64,000 nucleotides of DNA from an uncultured Clostridia bacterium (GTDB lineage Bacteria > Acidobacteriota > Aminicenantia > UBA2199), in NCBI GenBank assembly GCA_964465065.1, contig CAYXHZ010000003.1, forward strand, positions 9,975-73,974, given 5' to 3'. Below, piece by piece: positions 38,897 through 48,691 of this stretch (position 1 is its first letter; each line of letters opens with the position of its first letter). The notes below the pieces were generated by a model. That model did no database searches. It was not told where the DNA came from and saw nothing but the letters and a program-made list of their open reading frames with translations. The position numbers and the translations under genes were made by a program.

Positions 38897-40756
38897 CTAT
38901 CTCTTTTCCAGTGACAGGTTCCACAACTCGGTCTGCAGTTCCAGCGCCCGGTTCTCGTCGAGAGCCCGGCCGTTATCGCTGAGAACGAGCACAAAAACCG
39001 CCATCGGATGCCAATCGAAACGGGTGAACTTGACCTGCAGGTCGTCGACCTTCTCCAACACCTTTTCCAGCAAGTCGTTTTCCCGGTCGAAGACGATCAC
39101 GAAAATCGTTTTGTTCAAGACCTCCACTGTCCGGTGCATGATCAGCAGTGCCTGATTGTCATGCCGTCGGGAGGTGGCCAGAGCCACGGAACAGGTCTGA
39201 ACCAAAATCCGGAGCAGGTCGATGGGCGCCTCGATGCGGAACATTTCATCCAGGTTGAAAAAGATCTCGCGGATCAGGGCCGGGTCCATATCGGCCAAAG
39301 TCAGCTGCAATTCGGTGAGCACCTTGATGTCGATCTCGCGGATGCCTTCGTCGAAATCGCGGATGGGCTTGTTGAGCAAGGAGGAAATTTCCGATTTGAC
39401 CGCTTCGAAAACGGCGCGGAAGGTCTGAAATTCCGGCAGGTTGGCGCTGAATTTGATGATATCGAGCTCCAGGTTACGGCCGTAACGTTTGGGGGGAATC
39501 ATCGATTTGATGTCCAGGCCCTTGATCCGCGAAATGCGTTTGACGATCTCCAGCAGTCGCTGATCCGTTCCCGGATCGGTGACCAGCAGCATCTTGACGT
39601 CGATGGAGAATTCCGTACGCTTCTCGCTGTTGAAAAAGAGCTGGGTCATGCCGGTTGTCTTGAACTCGTTCATCAGAAACGGGATGATGGCCCGGGCGAA
39701 ATGTTCGAAGCCGCCGACGGCCTTGACCTGATGGATGCCGCGGTTGTAGGTGGCCGTGATCATCTTGTGCAGCTGCGCGCTGACTTTCTTGATCAGTGGA
39801 ACCGGCAAGGGTTTGCCGTAGCGGTTGGTGATTTCCAGCCGGTACACGAATATGCTGTCCTCGGTGACGAAACTCTTGTGGAACTTGATGATGCATTCCG
39901 GCAGTATGTAATTGAGCGCCTTGAGGAAATCCTCGATCGAAATCAGGATCTCCCGGCAGACGAAGGTGATGCCGGTCAGGTGTTCGAAACGGGTCTTGAT
40001 GTTTTTGATGTGGATGACTTCGGTAGCCTTGCCCGTACGAACCCGTTCGACGAAACGGCAGTTGTCCTTGATCTGCTGACCCAGGTCGGACAGTTTGCGC
40101 TCCTCCAGGTATTCCCGGGAACGCGAAGAGATGAACTTGAGCGCCTCGCCTTCTTCCCGCAGCGGCTTGTCCCGTTCGGCCTCGGGTCGGGAATCGTGTT
40201 TGCGCAGCCAGGTCAGCAGGTCGTTGTAAATTTCGAATTTGACCGTCTCGTCGTCCAGGAGCATGGCCTTGCTGATACTGCCGACCGAGGCGTCGCGGAT
40301 CCGGCGCATGAGTTCGTCCTTCTTGGTGATGAACCGGTTGTAATCGGTTTCGTTGGGCAGGTCGAAGGCCAGTATGACCACGCCAATCTGGCGCTCGTGA
40401 TGCGACAGGGTGAACCCTTTGACGAACAGGACGTTCTGCGAATGGTGATGAATGATGCCCATTATCGAATTGGCCATGCCAGGCCAGTCGACGGCCAGGG
40501 CACCGACCATCATGGTGTAATGCAGATCCGGATGGCGGAACTGCTCCAGTATGGTCACCTCGTTCTGACCGCTGAGCTCATGGGTCAAGAGCAGTTCGGT
40601 CACCAGCGCCTTCTGAAAGACCATCGGAAAGACCGACTGCGAATCGTCGATGGCCGCCAGTACGGTTTCGATTTGCTGCCGATCGATGACCAGGCCTTTG
40701 TTTTTGAGCAGTGTCTGTATCGTGGCGATATCTTCTTTGCTGCAATCTTTGATCAT
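38897..40756 (-). CDS. Hypothetical 619-aa protein, possibly with several ACT-like domains
   Basis: Long ORF with host-like codon usage; VDWPGMANSIMGIIHHHSQNV resembles the ACT consensus; no catalytic motif recognised. Confidence 0.6.
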   Translation of the reverse strand: MIKDCSKEDIATIQTLLKNKGLVIDRQQIETVLAAIDDSQSVFPMVFQKALVTELLLTHELSGQNEVTILEQFRHPDLHYTMMVGALAVDWPGMANSIMGIIHHHSQNVLFVKGFTLSHHERQIGVVILAFDLPNETDYNRFITKKDELMRRIRDASVGSISKAMLLDDETVKFEIYNDLLTWLRKHDSRPEAERDKPLREEGEALKFISSRSREYLEERKLSDLGQQIKDNCRFVERVRTGKATEVIHIKNIKTRFEHLTGITFVCREILISIEDFLKALNYILPECIIKFHKSFVTEDSIFVYRLEITNRYGKPLPVPLIKKVSAQLHKMITATYNRGIHQVKAVGGFEHFARAIIPFLMNEFKTTGMTQLFFNSEKRTEFSIDVKMLLVTDPGTDQRLLEIVKRISRIKGLDIKSMIPPKRYGRNLELDIIKFSANLPEFQTFRAVFEAVKSEISSLLNKPIRDFDEGIREIDIKVLTELQLTLADMDPALIREIFFNLDEMFRIEAPIDLLRILVQTCSVALATSRRHDNQALLIMHRTVEVLNKTIFVIVFDRENDLLEKVLEKVDDLQVKFTRFDWHPMAVFVLVLSDNGRALDENRALELQTELWNLSLEKR

Positions 40757-41014
40757 TTCAGCATTTTACTGAAAGGCCGCTTTAAAAGCAATCGAAAAAT
40801 CCACAGCCAAGGCCAGCTGGCGCAGCAGCTGGACACGCCCATGCGATCTATAGTTTTTATTCTTTAATATAGGGTATTTCAACAATATCTCACCCAAAGG
40901 TCCGCCTGCCGGACCACATGGTCTGCGCCAGTGCAAGCAGCGACAAACGGAAAATGGCCGTCCAGGCAGTCGCCATGCCGTCCAGGTCCGGCCTACGAAA
41001 AGTGCTGGCAGGTG

Positions 41015-41043
41015 TTGCAATTTCATTTTTTTTTATTTATAGT
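41015..41043 (+). promoter_or_regulatory. Sigma70 promoter for hup
   Basis: TTGCAA-N17-TATAGT. Confidence 0.6.
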
Positions 41044-41104
41044 ATAGCCGATTTGCTGATCATGAAAGGCTCAGCAGACATTTTTGCATCATGAGGAGGA
41101 GTTG

Positions 41105-41377
41105 ATGAATAAAACTGAATTGGTCAAGTCAATCGCCGAGAAAGCCAACCTGAAGGTCACCGACACTGAAAAGTTGGTCAATTCGTTCATTGACATCGTT
41201 TCTGACGAACTGAAAAGCAACGGCAAGATCACCATGGTCGGCTTCGGAACTTTCGCAGTTGCCCACCGTAAACAGAAAACCGGTGTCAACCCCAAATCCG
41301 GTGCCAAGATTACCATCGCAGCCAAGAACGTTCCGGTCTTCAAACCCGGAAAGGCGCTCAAAGAAAGGGTCAAGTAA
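41105..41377 (+). CDS. hup: Histone-like DNA-binding protein HU
   Basis: MNKTELV...VGFGTF...GVNPKSG...VPVFKPGKALKE; GAGGAG SD. Confidence 0.98.
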   Translation: MNKTELVKSIAEKANLKVTDTEKLVNSFIDIVSDELKSNGKITMVGFGTFAVAHRKQKTGVNPKSGAKITIAAKNVPVFKPGKALKERVK

Positions 41378-41456
41378 GAATCTACCGCCCTTCAAACGGG
41401 CGGCACAGGCTGAACTTCACATCGAAGCGACCCTGTGCTGCCCTGTTTCCCCCCGA

Positions 41457-43646
41457 TTATTTCACCGAAATTTTTTTTGCGATACTGCCCAGATCGATCT
41501 TTTGCCGGTTCAGACCGTAACCGTTGAGTCGACTCAGGGATAAAACGTATTCGCCGGCCTGCTTGAACCGGTAATCGACGATGGCGATTTGCCCCCCGGG
41601 AATCCCTTCGTCGCCGACCGAAGACAGGGCCAGATCGAACCCCGCCCCACGGTTGGTCTGCAGCGCCCTGACCCGGCTGGAATCGAAAAAATCGGTCCGT
41701 ACCGCCACAACCTCCGCCGCCGGTCCGCTGGCCACTCCGCCGAGTGACAGACTCTTGAGCGGAGCCGAGGCCACCAGATTGACGGTGACCGAGACCACCT
41801 CGTTGACGGCGGCGTTTTCCACAGTCTCCATGGTGATTCCACCCGTGATCGGTTCGGTATCCACGGGGTTGCTCTCGATCACCTCCTGTCCGCGTTGCAC
41901 CTGTCCGACGCCCGGAGCAGGCTGGTTTTCCGGACCCGGATCGGCTGTCTCCGCCATCTGATCGGACACCGAAGCGGAATCGGAAGACTCCGCATTGATC
42001 CAGACGGGGATGAGATCCTCCGGCGTGGGCGAAACCTTGCGGACGATGTAGGGCGTAATGATCATGATCAGATCGGTCTGAGACACTTCCTTACCCTTCT
42101 TGCCGAACAGCTGGCCCAAAACCGGGATCTGCGACAAGAGCGGCAGGCCTTTGAGCGAACCGCGTTCTTCGTCGCGGATGAAACCGCCGATGATGTTGGT
42201 CTCCCCTTCCTTGAGACGGATGGTGTTCTTGAGTTCGCGGGTGCCGATGGTCGGAGTGTAGGCGGTCGAACTGCTGGCCAGATAACTGGTTTTCAATTCC
42301 ACCTTCAGGGTGATGTCTCCGTCGTGGTGCACGAAGGGAGTCATCTTGATCGTCAGGCCGACGTCTTTGTACTCGTACTGGGTCGACGGGATGTAGGCCG
42401 AGGCCGAGGTTCCGGTCAGGGAACTGAAGGTGGTCTTGGTGACCGGCACTTCGTCGCCGACTTTGAAGTTGACTTCCTCGCCGCTGATACTGCGCAAATT
42501 GGGCTTGGCGATGATGCGGCTGTTGCTGTCGGAATGAAAGAGTTCCAGAGCGGCCGACGGCAGGACCATGAAGAAATCCAGATCCTTGAGTTCATTGGGC
42601 TTGATCGGCTTGTTGACGATGCTGATATCGCTGCCGTCTTCGGTGTACACGCCGCTGGTGATGCCGACCTTATAGGCCTCGTTGCCTTCTCCGTCGACCA
42701 TGTCCAGTCCGATGCGGTTGATCAGGCCCCGGGTGATCTCCATGATCTCCACCTTGAGCAGCACTTCGCTGCGCGGGCGGTCGATCTGCATGATGAAACG
42801 TTCGATTTCCCTGAGCCCCTGGGCTTCGCCCTTGATCATCAGCGCATTCTGGGCCACATCCTCTATCAGCAGCACCTGCTGGTCGCGAAACAGCCCGCTG
42901 ATCAGCTTTTTGGCGTCGGCAGCCAGAATGTTGGACAAATAGAAGGTCTTGACGCCACGCAGACTCAGCGCGCGGGTCTTGTAAGGGGTGTTGGGGTAGA
43001 TCAGCACCGATGTCGGTCCCAAAACCCGGTACTGGGCGCCGGATATCAGGCAAAGCTGATCGAGCAGTTCCATGAAGCCGATATCGTTGACCTGCAGGGT
43101 ATACACGAAATCGCGGAAATCCTTGTCGAAGACGAAGTTGACGTTGAAGCTGCGGCCCAGGGCCTGGAATATCTGCTTGACCGGCACGGATTTGAGATTG
43201 ATATTGGCCCGTTCATGGTTGTCGATGCGCAATTCGATGGGGGGAACGATCGAACTTTTCGGTTTGCCGACCGCCGCTGCCGTTTCGCCCTTGAGCACCT
43301 TGACCTCTTCGATCAGACGCAGGTTGTCGGGAAAGATGGCCAGGGCCTTGCTGTAGGCCTCCAGGGCCGGTTCTTTTTGGCCGCGTTCGGCCAGGCTGCG
43401 GGCTTTGACCAGTTCACTCAGGTAGAAATTCAAGCGGGCCCGAAACAGACGGACCTGTAAATCGCGGTCGTCCGGAGAATCCTTCAAGGCATTTTCCAAT
43501 AGCGTAATGGTCGCCTCGTCCCCCTTCTCGATCTTGTCGAGTTGCCCGTTGAAGCGCTGTTTGACCGACGCGCAACCCAACAGGGTCATGATCAGCAAGC
43601 CGGCAGTCAGTATATGAACCGCTTTTCCCAGAGCCCTACTATTCAT
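41457..43646 (-). CDS. Secretin (GspD/PilQ family) with lipoprotein signal, TPR-like N-terminus and cohesin-like C-terminus
   Basis: LLGC lipobox; secretin core (DRPRSEVLLKVEIME, KDVGLTIKMTPFV, IIGGFI...GLPLLSQIPVLGQLF, DLIMIITPYIV); start after GAAGGAG. Confidence 0.88.
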   Translation of the reverse strand: MNSRALGKAVHILTAGLLIMTLLGCASVKQRFNGQLDKIEKGDEATITLLENALKDSPDDRDLQVRLFRARLNFYLSELVKARSLAERGQKEPALEAYSKALAIFPDNLRLIEEVKVLKGETAAAVGKPKSSIVPPIELRIDNHERANINLKSVPVKQIFQALGRSFNVNFVFDKDFRDFVYTLQVNDIGFMELLDQLCLISGAQYRVLGPTSVLIYPNTPYKTRALSLRGVKTFYLSNILAADAKKLISGLFRDQQVLLIEDVAQNALMIKGEAQGLREIERFIMQIDRPRSEVLLKVEIMEITRGLINRIGLDMVDGEGNEAYKVGITSGVYTEDGSDISIVNKPIKPNELKDLDFFMVLPSAALELFHSDSNSRIIAKPNLRSISGEEVNFKVGDEVPVTKTTFSSLTGTSASAYIPSTQYEYKDVGLTIKMTPFVHHDGDITLKVELKTSYLASSSTAYTPTIGTRELKNTIRLKEGETNIIGGFIRDEERGSLKGLPLLSQIPVLGQLFGKKGKEVSQTDLIMIITPYIVRKVSPTPEDLIPVWINAESSDSASVSDQMAETADPGPENQPAPGVGQVQRGQEVIESNPVDTEPITGGITMETVENAAVNEVVSVTVNLVASAPLKSLSLGGVASGPAAEVVAVRTDFFDSSRVRALQTNRGAGFDLALSSVGDEGIPGGQIAIVDYRFKQAGEYVLSLSRLNGYGLNRQKIDLGSIAKKISVK

Positions 43647-44106
43647 GTTCATCTCCTTCCACTGCAAACAACATATCGCCCTGTTCGGTACTCATCGTCA
43701 GTCTGGACAGGGTTATCTCTTTGACGATCCAGCCGTTCTCCAGGGTTTCACCCTCCTGGATTACCGTCATCTCGCCATGTATGGCCACCAGCGCACAGCG
43801 CTTGTGCAAACGGGTGATCGCCCCCAAAAAAACGATGTCCATGCGCGGTGCGCTCTCGGCGGCAGCCGCCGGCTGGTCCAAGGAGTTTTCAGGCTGCCCG
43901 GCCTGGGGCATGGAGGCGACGATGAGCGGCGCGGCAACGACTTGGTTCCTGCGGAAATCGGCGAAGGCGAACAGGTCGCGCTGGGTTTTGAAGGAACCGG
44001 CATCGACCTGGCGCGGACTGGTCCGAATCAGAAAAAATTCATCCACGGCGTCCACGGAAACCCAGACGATCCCCAGCAGCAGGAGCAGGATCTTATTTCC
44101 TTTCAA
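43639..44106 (-). CDS. Bitopic accessory protein (PilP/GspC-like position)
   Basis: N-terminal TM, C-terminal FLGAI...ALVAI...GETLENGWIVKEIT beta domain; between pilO-like gene and secretin. Confidence 0.5.
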   Translation of the reverse strand: MKGNKILLLLLGIVWVSVDAVDEFFLIRTSPRQVDAGSFKTQRDLFAFADFRRNQVVAAPLIVASMPQAGQPENSLDQPAAAAESAPRMDIVFLGAITRLHKRCALVAIHGEMTVIQEGETLENGWIVKEITLSRLTMSTEQGDMLFAVEGDEHE

Positions 44107-44614
44107 AGATCACCTCCAGTTCTACGGTGCACTGAATCCGTGCCGGACTTTCCTGACGCAAGGTCAGTTTACCGATACGGGCGGCATGAGGCAGGTGTTC
44201 CAGGTCCCAGATCAAGTGGCGGATCTGCCCGTAGGCGCCGGCGACATTGAACGAATAATGAACGGAAATCAGTTTTCCGTCCGGGCTGTTCTGATTGTTG
44301 TACTTCAACCCGGAATGCATCAGGCCGTTATCGGTGACGATACCGGCCAGGGTACGCCGGAAATCGGCGAAGTGATCCAGACCGATCAGGTATTTCCCCC
44401 GGAACGCGCTGTACTCTTTCTCGGCGTTGAGCCAATGACCGGCGACAGTCTCCTGCCTGTCGGCCTGTTCCTCCAGATCCCGGACTGCCTTCTCCCTGGC
44501 CTGGAGACTGGAGTCGGTCACCCGGCCCAGTCCGGTGTACAGGGCAGTGAAACCGACAAACAGCAAGGATGCCACCAACAATGCAGCCAGCAGGTACGCT
44601 ATCAGCCTTCTCAT
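44093..44614 (-). CDS. PilO/GspM-like protein
   Basis: TM, coiled coil, and ferredoxin-like GAYGQIRHLIWDLE...RIGKL segment. Confidence 0.65.
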   Translation of the reverse strand: MRRLIAYLLAALLVASLLFVGFTALYTGLGRVTDSSLQAREKAVRDLEEQADRQETVAGHWLNAEKEYSAFRGKYLIGLDHFADFRRTLAGIVTDNGLMHSGLKYNNQNSPDGKLISVHYSFNVAGAYGQIRHLIWDLEHLPHAARIGKLTLRQESPARIQCTVELEVIFERK

Positions 44615-44618
44615 CGTC

Positions 44619-45164
44619 TCAGCCCTCGCCGCCGGACAATTTCACAGTCAGGTCAGCCTTGATGAGCCCTTCGTTGCCGGTGCTCTCACTGGAGACGTTC
44701 AGCTCGAAACCGGCCAGACTCTGATACAGAGTGAACAGGTCGTTGCCGCTGGCGGCCAGAACCGACAGGGTCAAGCATCCTTTCTCCTGGCGGGTGAAAG
44801 CCAGGGAGTCCAGCCTGACCCGTTCGGGCAGCAGAGTTTCCAATTGTTCCAGGTGCCGGGAAAGTACCGGCGCGGTGGAATCCAGCAGGCCGTTCGCCCA
44901 GTCGATACGGTCCTGCCATATTTTCTGCTGTGCCGCGATCTGTTTGTCGGCCGCGAGCTTCTTTTCTCCGGCCTGATCCTGACGTTGCGCCAGGGCCGCC
45001 GCCGCATTGCGCAGCGAATGCTGTTGGTTGATGAAACCGGTCAGACGCCAGCCGGCCAATCCGATCATGACCAGGCTCAAAGCGGCCACGACCAGGATGC
45101 GCAAACGGCTGAGCCTGCGGTCCACCCGAGGTCGGCAGGCCAGATTGAAGGTTTTGTTGTCCAT
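44619..45164 (-). CDS. PilN-like protein
   Basis: FNLA, TM, coiled coil, LETLLPERVRLDSL. Confidence 0.7.
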   Translation of the reverse strand: MDNKTFNLACRPRVDRRLSRLRILVVAALSLVMIGLAGWRLTGFINQQHSLRNAAAALAQRQDQAGEKKLAADKQIAAQQKIWQDRIDWANGLLDSTAPVLSRHLEQLETLLPERVRLDSLAFTRQEKGCLTLSVLAASGNDLFTLYQSLAGFELNVSSESTGNEGLIKADLTVKLSGGEG

Positions 45165-45180
45165 GCAGTCTTTCCTCGCT

Positions 45181-45960
45181 CTAGGGCAAAAACAAAGCCA
45201 GTCGGTCAGCGGGATGCGGGAACGGAACCGCTTGCAATTCGCTCAACTGGTCCAGCCAGGCCTGACAATCACAACCGCCCAGGGGGTTGACCAGGTAACG
45301 GCCGGCGTTGACCCCCTGCTGCTCCTGTACGAAGGCGATGGTCTTGCGCAGTGCCAGCACCAACTCGTCTAGCTGAGAAAACCGGATCTTTCGGACAAAG
45401 AGCGGAACGCCGTCCTTGACCAGGGTGACCACCAGCAACTGCCCTTCCTGTTCCAGAATCAACAGGGCTTGCCGACTGAATCGGGCCGATTTTTTCACGG
45501 CGTCGATACTGGAGCAGCTGATATAGGTGACCGGATAACCCAGGTCGCCGAAATGATTTTCACAGGAACGCACGATTTCCCGGCTGACCAGGGCCGACAG
45601 GACTGTCCGGCGCTTGAACACCTGGCAGGTCTGTATCATATCGTCGGCGGCATCGGGGAAAACCCGCTGCAGACGCCACTGGATCAGTTCGCGGCGCTTG
45701 CGGGGGTTCAGCGGCAGCGGACTCTCGAAATTGAACAGGTTGAAAACGAACGGATTGGGGCTGAGGGACAGACCCAAAGGCCCCTTGCTGGCGCCAGGCA
45801 GGGCGCTGAATGAGGCCAAATCGGAAAGAGTGTGGGGATATCGGGCGCTTTCACGCCATTTCCCATCCGCCGCTCTGATCAGCAGCAGCGAGTGTTCCTC
45901 ACCCAGATACAGCATCTGCCCCGGCACCTGGTCGGGGAAAAACCATTTTTCTAGATCCAT
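45181..45960 (-). CDS. PilM/GspL-like cytoplasmic actin-fold protein
   Basis: ELIQWRLQRVFP, LVVTLVKDGVPLFVRKI; position upstream of pilN-like gene. Confidence 0.6.
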   Translation of the reverse strand: MDLEKWFFPDQVPGQMLYLGEEHSLLLIRAADGKWRESARYPHTLSDLASFSALPGASKGPLGLSLSPNPFVFNLFNFESPLPLNPRKRRELIQWRLQRVFPDAADDMIQTCQVFKRRTVLSALVSREIVRSCENHFGDLGYPVTYISCSSIDAVKKSARFSRQALLILEQEGQLLVVTLVKDGVPLFVRKIRFSQLDELVLALRKTIAFVQEQQGVNAGRYLVNPLGGCDCQAWLDQLSELQAVPFPHPADRLALFLP

Positions 45961-47486
45961 TCTCGCACCGTCACCCGATTGAGTTCCTCAAGCGATGTCA
46001 CACCGGCCTTGACCTTCATCAGACCGTCGCGGCGGATCGTGGTCATGCCGCTTTCTATGGCCCTTTTCTTTATCTCGGAAGTGGGTTTTTTGTCCAGAAT
46101 CATTTCCTTGATCTCATCGCTCAGTTCCAGGATTTCACCGATGGCGCTGCGGCCCGAATAGCCCATTCCGTTGCATTCGGGGCAGCCGACCGGACGGTAG
46201 ATCCGTTCACCGACTTCATCGCTGCGGATGTAATTGCGTTCACACTCTTCCGGGGACAAGCGGTCCTCCCTCTTGCAACGCGGACAGAGGGTGCGGACCA
46301 GACGTTGGGCGACGATGCAATTGAGCGCGGATATGAAGCTGTAGCTGTCGACCTGCATGTGGATGAAACGCCCGAGCACATCGAAAACGTTGTTGGCGTG
46401 GACGGTGGTGAAGACCAGATGTCCGGTCAGAGCCGATTGGATGGCGATCTGGGCCGTTTCGGAATCGCGGATCTCGCCGACCATGATCTTGTCGGGATCG
46501 TGACGCAGGATGGAGCGCAGCCCTCTGGCGAAGGTCAGTCCCTTCTTCTCGTTGACCGGGATCTGGGTGATGCCGTCGATCTGGTATTCAACCGGATCCT
46601 CGATGGTGATGATCTTGTCGCTGGGGCGCTTGATCTCGTTGAGAGCGGCGTACAGGGTCGTCGTTTTGCCGCTGCCGGTGGGACCGGTGACCAGGAACAT
46701 GCCGTAAGGATACTCGATGTACTCCCGCACCCGCGCCAGTATGGAATCGGAAAAGCCGAGCAGGTGCAGGTTGAGTTCCCCGAAATTTTCGGTGATCATC
46801 TCACGGTCCAGGATGCGTATGACGGCGTTCTCGCCGTGTATGGACGGCATGACCGACACCCGGAAATCGATGGTCTTGCGGTTGAGTATCATGCGGAAAC
46901 GCCCGTCCTGAGGAACACGACGCTCGGCGATATCCAGTTCGGCGATCACCTTGAGCCGGGTCAGCAGGGGCAGTTGAAAAGTGGCGTCCAGGGGATCCAT
47001 GATCTGACTGAGGATACCGTCGATACGGAACTTGACCAGCAGCGCTTCGGCCTGGCATTCGAGGTGAATGTCCGAAGCCTTCTTGCTGACGGCCGTGAAG
47101 ACGATGTTGTTGAGCAATTTGATGATGGTGTCGTCTTCCTCGGTCAGCGAATCCAGGGTGATCGATTCGGCCTCGATCGCTGTCGTACCGTGTCTGGATG
47201 CGTATCCTTCCGTGTTTTCGGTCAGCACCTTGGTGAAGGTGTCGCTTTTTTTCAGGAAATATTCCAGTTCATCGTTGTCCGCCGGCCGGGCCACCACCTG
47301 CTTCTGACAGAAGTTCTCGATAATCGATATCCGTTCGATATCGTCCGGGTCGTTGATGGCTACGGTCAACACGCCGTTCTCTTCGGTCAGCGGGAAGAAA
47401 TGGTGCTTCACGAGAAATTCGGGAGGAAATTTCTTGAGCAGGTCATAATCGAGGGGGATATCGCGGAGGGACTGTTGCATATTCAT
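45951..47486 (-). CDS. gspE: GspE/PilB secretion ATPase
   Basis: LDIAERRVPQDGR, GPTGSGKTT, TIEDPVE, LRHDPDKIMVGEIRD, tetracysteine CPRC...CPEC. Confidence 0.95.
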   Translation of the reverse strand: MNMQQSLRDIPLDYDLLKKFPPEFLVKHHFFPLTEENGVLTVAINDPDDIERISIIENFCQKQVVARPADNDELEYFLKKSDTFTKVLTENTEGYASRHGTTAIEAESITLDSLTEEDDTIIKLLNNIVFTAVSKKASDIHLECQAEALLVKFRIDGILSQIMDPLDATFQLPLLTRLKVIAELDIAERRVPQDGRFRMILNRKTIDFRVSVMPSIHGENAVIRILDREMITENFGELNLHLLGFSDSILARVREYIEYPYGMFLVTGPTGSGKTTTLYAALNEIKRPSDKIITIEDPVEYQIDGITQIPVNEKKGLTFARGLRSILRHDPDKIMVGEIRDSETAQIAIQSALTGHLVFTTVHANNVFDVLGRFIHMQVDSYSFISALNCIVAQRLVRTLCPRCKREDRLSPEECERNYIRSDEVGERIYRPVGCPECNGMGYSGRSAIGEILELSDEIKEMILDKKPTSEIKKRAIESGMTTIRRDGLMKVKAGVTSLEELNRVTVREWI

Positions 47487-48691
47487 CCTACCACCTGAAC
47501 AGCCGAAAACATCGGCAGATAGACGGAAAAAATAACCAACCCGACCAGAACGCTGATCACGGCCAGAAGAATCGGCTCGATCATCGACACCAGGGTCGCC
47601 ACACGGGTATCGACCCGCGCCTCGTAATGATCTGCGCTCTGATCCAGAACCGGACCGAGATTGCCGCTGCTTTCACCGACACGGGTCAGTTCCAGGAGCA
47701 TGCCCTTCATCCAGGGAATCTTGACCAGCAGCGCCGAAAAAAGCTGCCCTTCGCTGATCTGGGTGCGCAGGGGCTCGACATCGGCCTTGAGTTTGCGGTT
47801 GGTGAAGGTCTCCAGGGCCACGTCCAGCGATTCGGGCAAGGGGATGCCGGCGGTCAGCAAAATCGCCAGGGTGCGTGAAAAGGCAGACAAGGAGTTCTCC
47901 ACGATGAAGCTGCCGATGAACGGAATCTTCAGCTTGAGACGATCGACGAGAACGATTTCCGGCTTACGCCGTTCCAGTACCCGTGCACCCAGGTAGACGA
48001 GGATACCGAGGACAATCAGTCCGGGAGCCCAGGTCTTGATGGCATCACCCAGGGATACGACGAATCGGGTGATGGGCGGCAGTTCGGAGCTGAATCCGGC
48101 AAAAAAACCGGTGAACTTGGGAACCACGACCATGATGACCAGCATGGCCAGAGCGATGACGAAGCACAGGACGAAAAGCGGGTAGATCATGCTGCTGATG
48201 ATGCGCCGCCGCAAGGCCACCATCTTGCTCAGATACTCGTTGAAACGGCGCAACAGGGTTTCCAGTTGTCCGCTGCGTTCACCGGCAGTCAGAGTGGCGC
48301 AGTAAATTTTTCCGTACGGCAACTGCTCGATATTGAAGGCGTCCCGCAAGCTTGTCCCCCGTTGCAAGTCCTCGCCGGCCTTCTCCATTTTGACCTTCAG
48401 GGCGCCGGCCGGAGTGTTCTCCAGCACCAGTTTCAACGATTGGACCAAAGGCACACCGGCGTTGATCAGGGCGATCAGCTTCTGGTTGAAGAGAAAGAAA
48501 TCGGCGGCCTTGATCCGACGGCTCAGCATGGAGCCAAAATCAGCATTGAGCGGAAAATGACGACGGATTTTCAGCAGCTTGAGGTTGCCGCTGCGGTAGC
48601 GATCCCGGATGTCTTTTTTCCCCAGGGCCTCCAGCTGCTTGTTCACCAACCCGCCGCGTTCATTGATGAAAGTGCATTTGTAATAGGGCAT
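47483..48691 (-). CDS. gspF: GspF/PilC platform protein
   Basis: LINAGVPL, AGERSGQL, SMIYP, VGESSGNL, MIEPILL...YLPMF; start ATG 48691. Confidence 0.93.
   Translation of the reverse strand: MPYYKCTFINERGGLVNKQLEALGKKDIRDRYRSGNLKLLKIRRHFPLNADFGSMLSRRIKAADFFLFNQKLIALINAGVPLVQSLKLVLENTPAGALKVKMEKAGEDLQRGTSLRDAFNIEQLPYGKIYCATLTAGERSGQLETLLRRFNEYLSKMVALRRRIISSMIYPLFVLCFVIALAMLVIMVVVPKFTGFFAGFSSELPPITRFVVSLGDAIKTWAPGLIVLGILVYLGARVLERRKPEIVLVDRLKLKIPFIGSFIVENSLSAFSRTLAILLTAGIPLPESLDVALETFTNRKLKADVEPLRTQISEGQLFSALLVKIPWMKGMLLELTRVGESSGNLGPVLDQSADHYEARVDTRVATLVSMIEPILLAVISVLVGLVIFSVYLPMFSAVQVVG

Noticed and set aside
40960-41000. SRP RNA-like CCAGGTCCGG segment
   Set aside because: Lacks the following GGAAGCAGC of the SRP domain IV motif
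41385-41403. Terminator after hup (CCGCCC-N7-GGGCGG)
   Set aside because: Short stem and no clear U-tract on either strand; too weak to call
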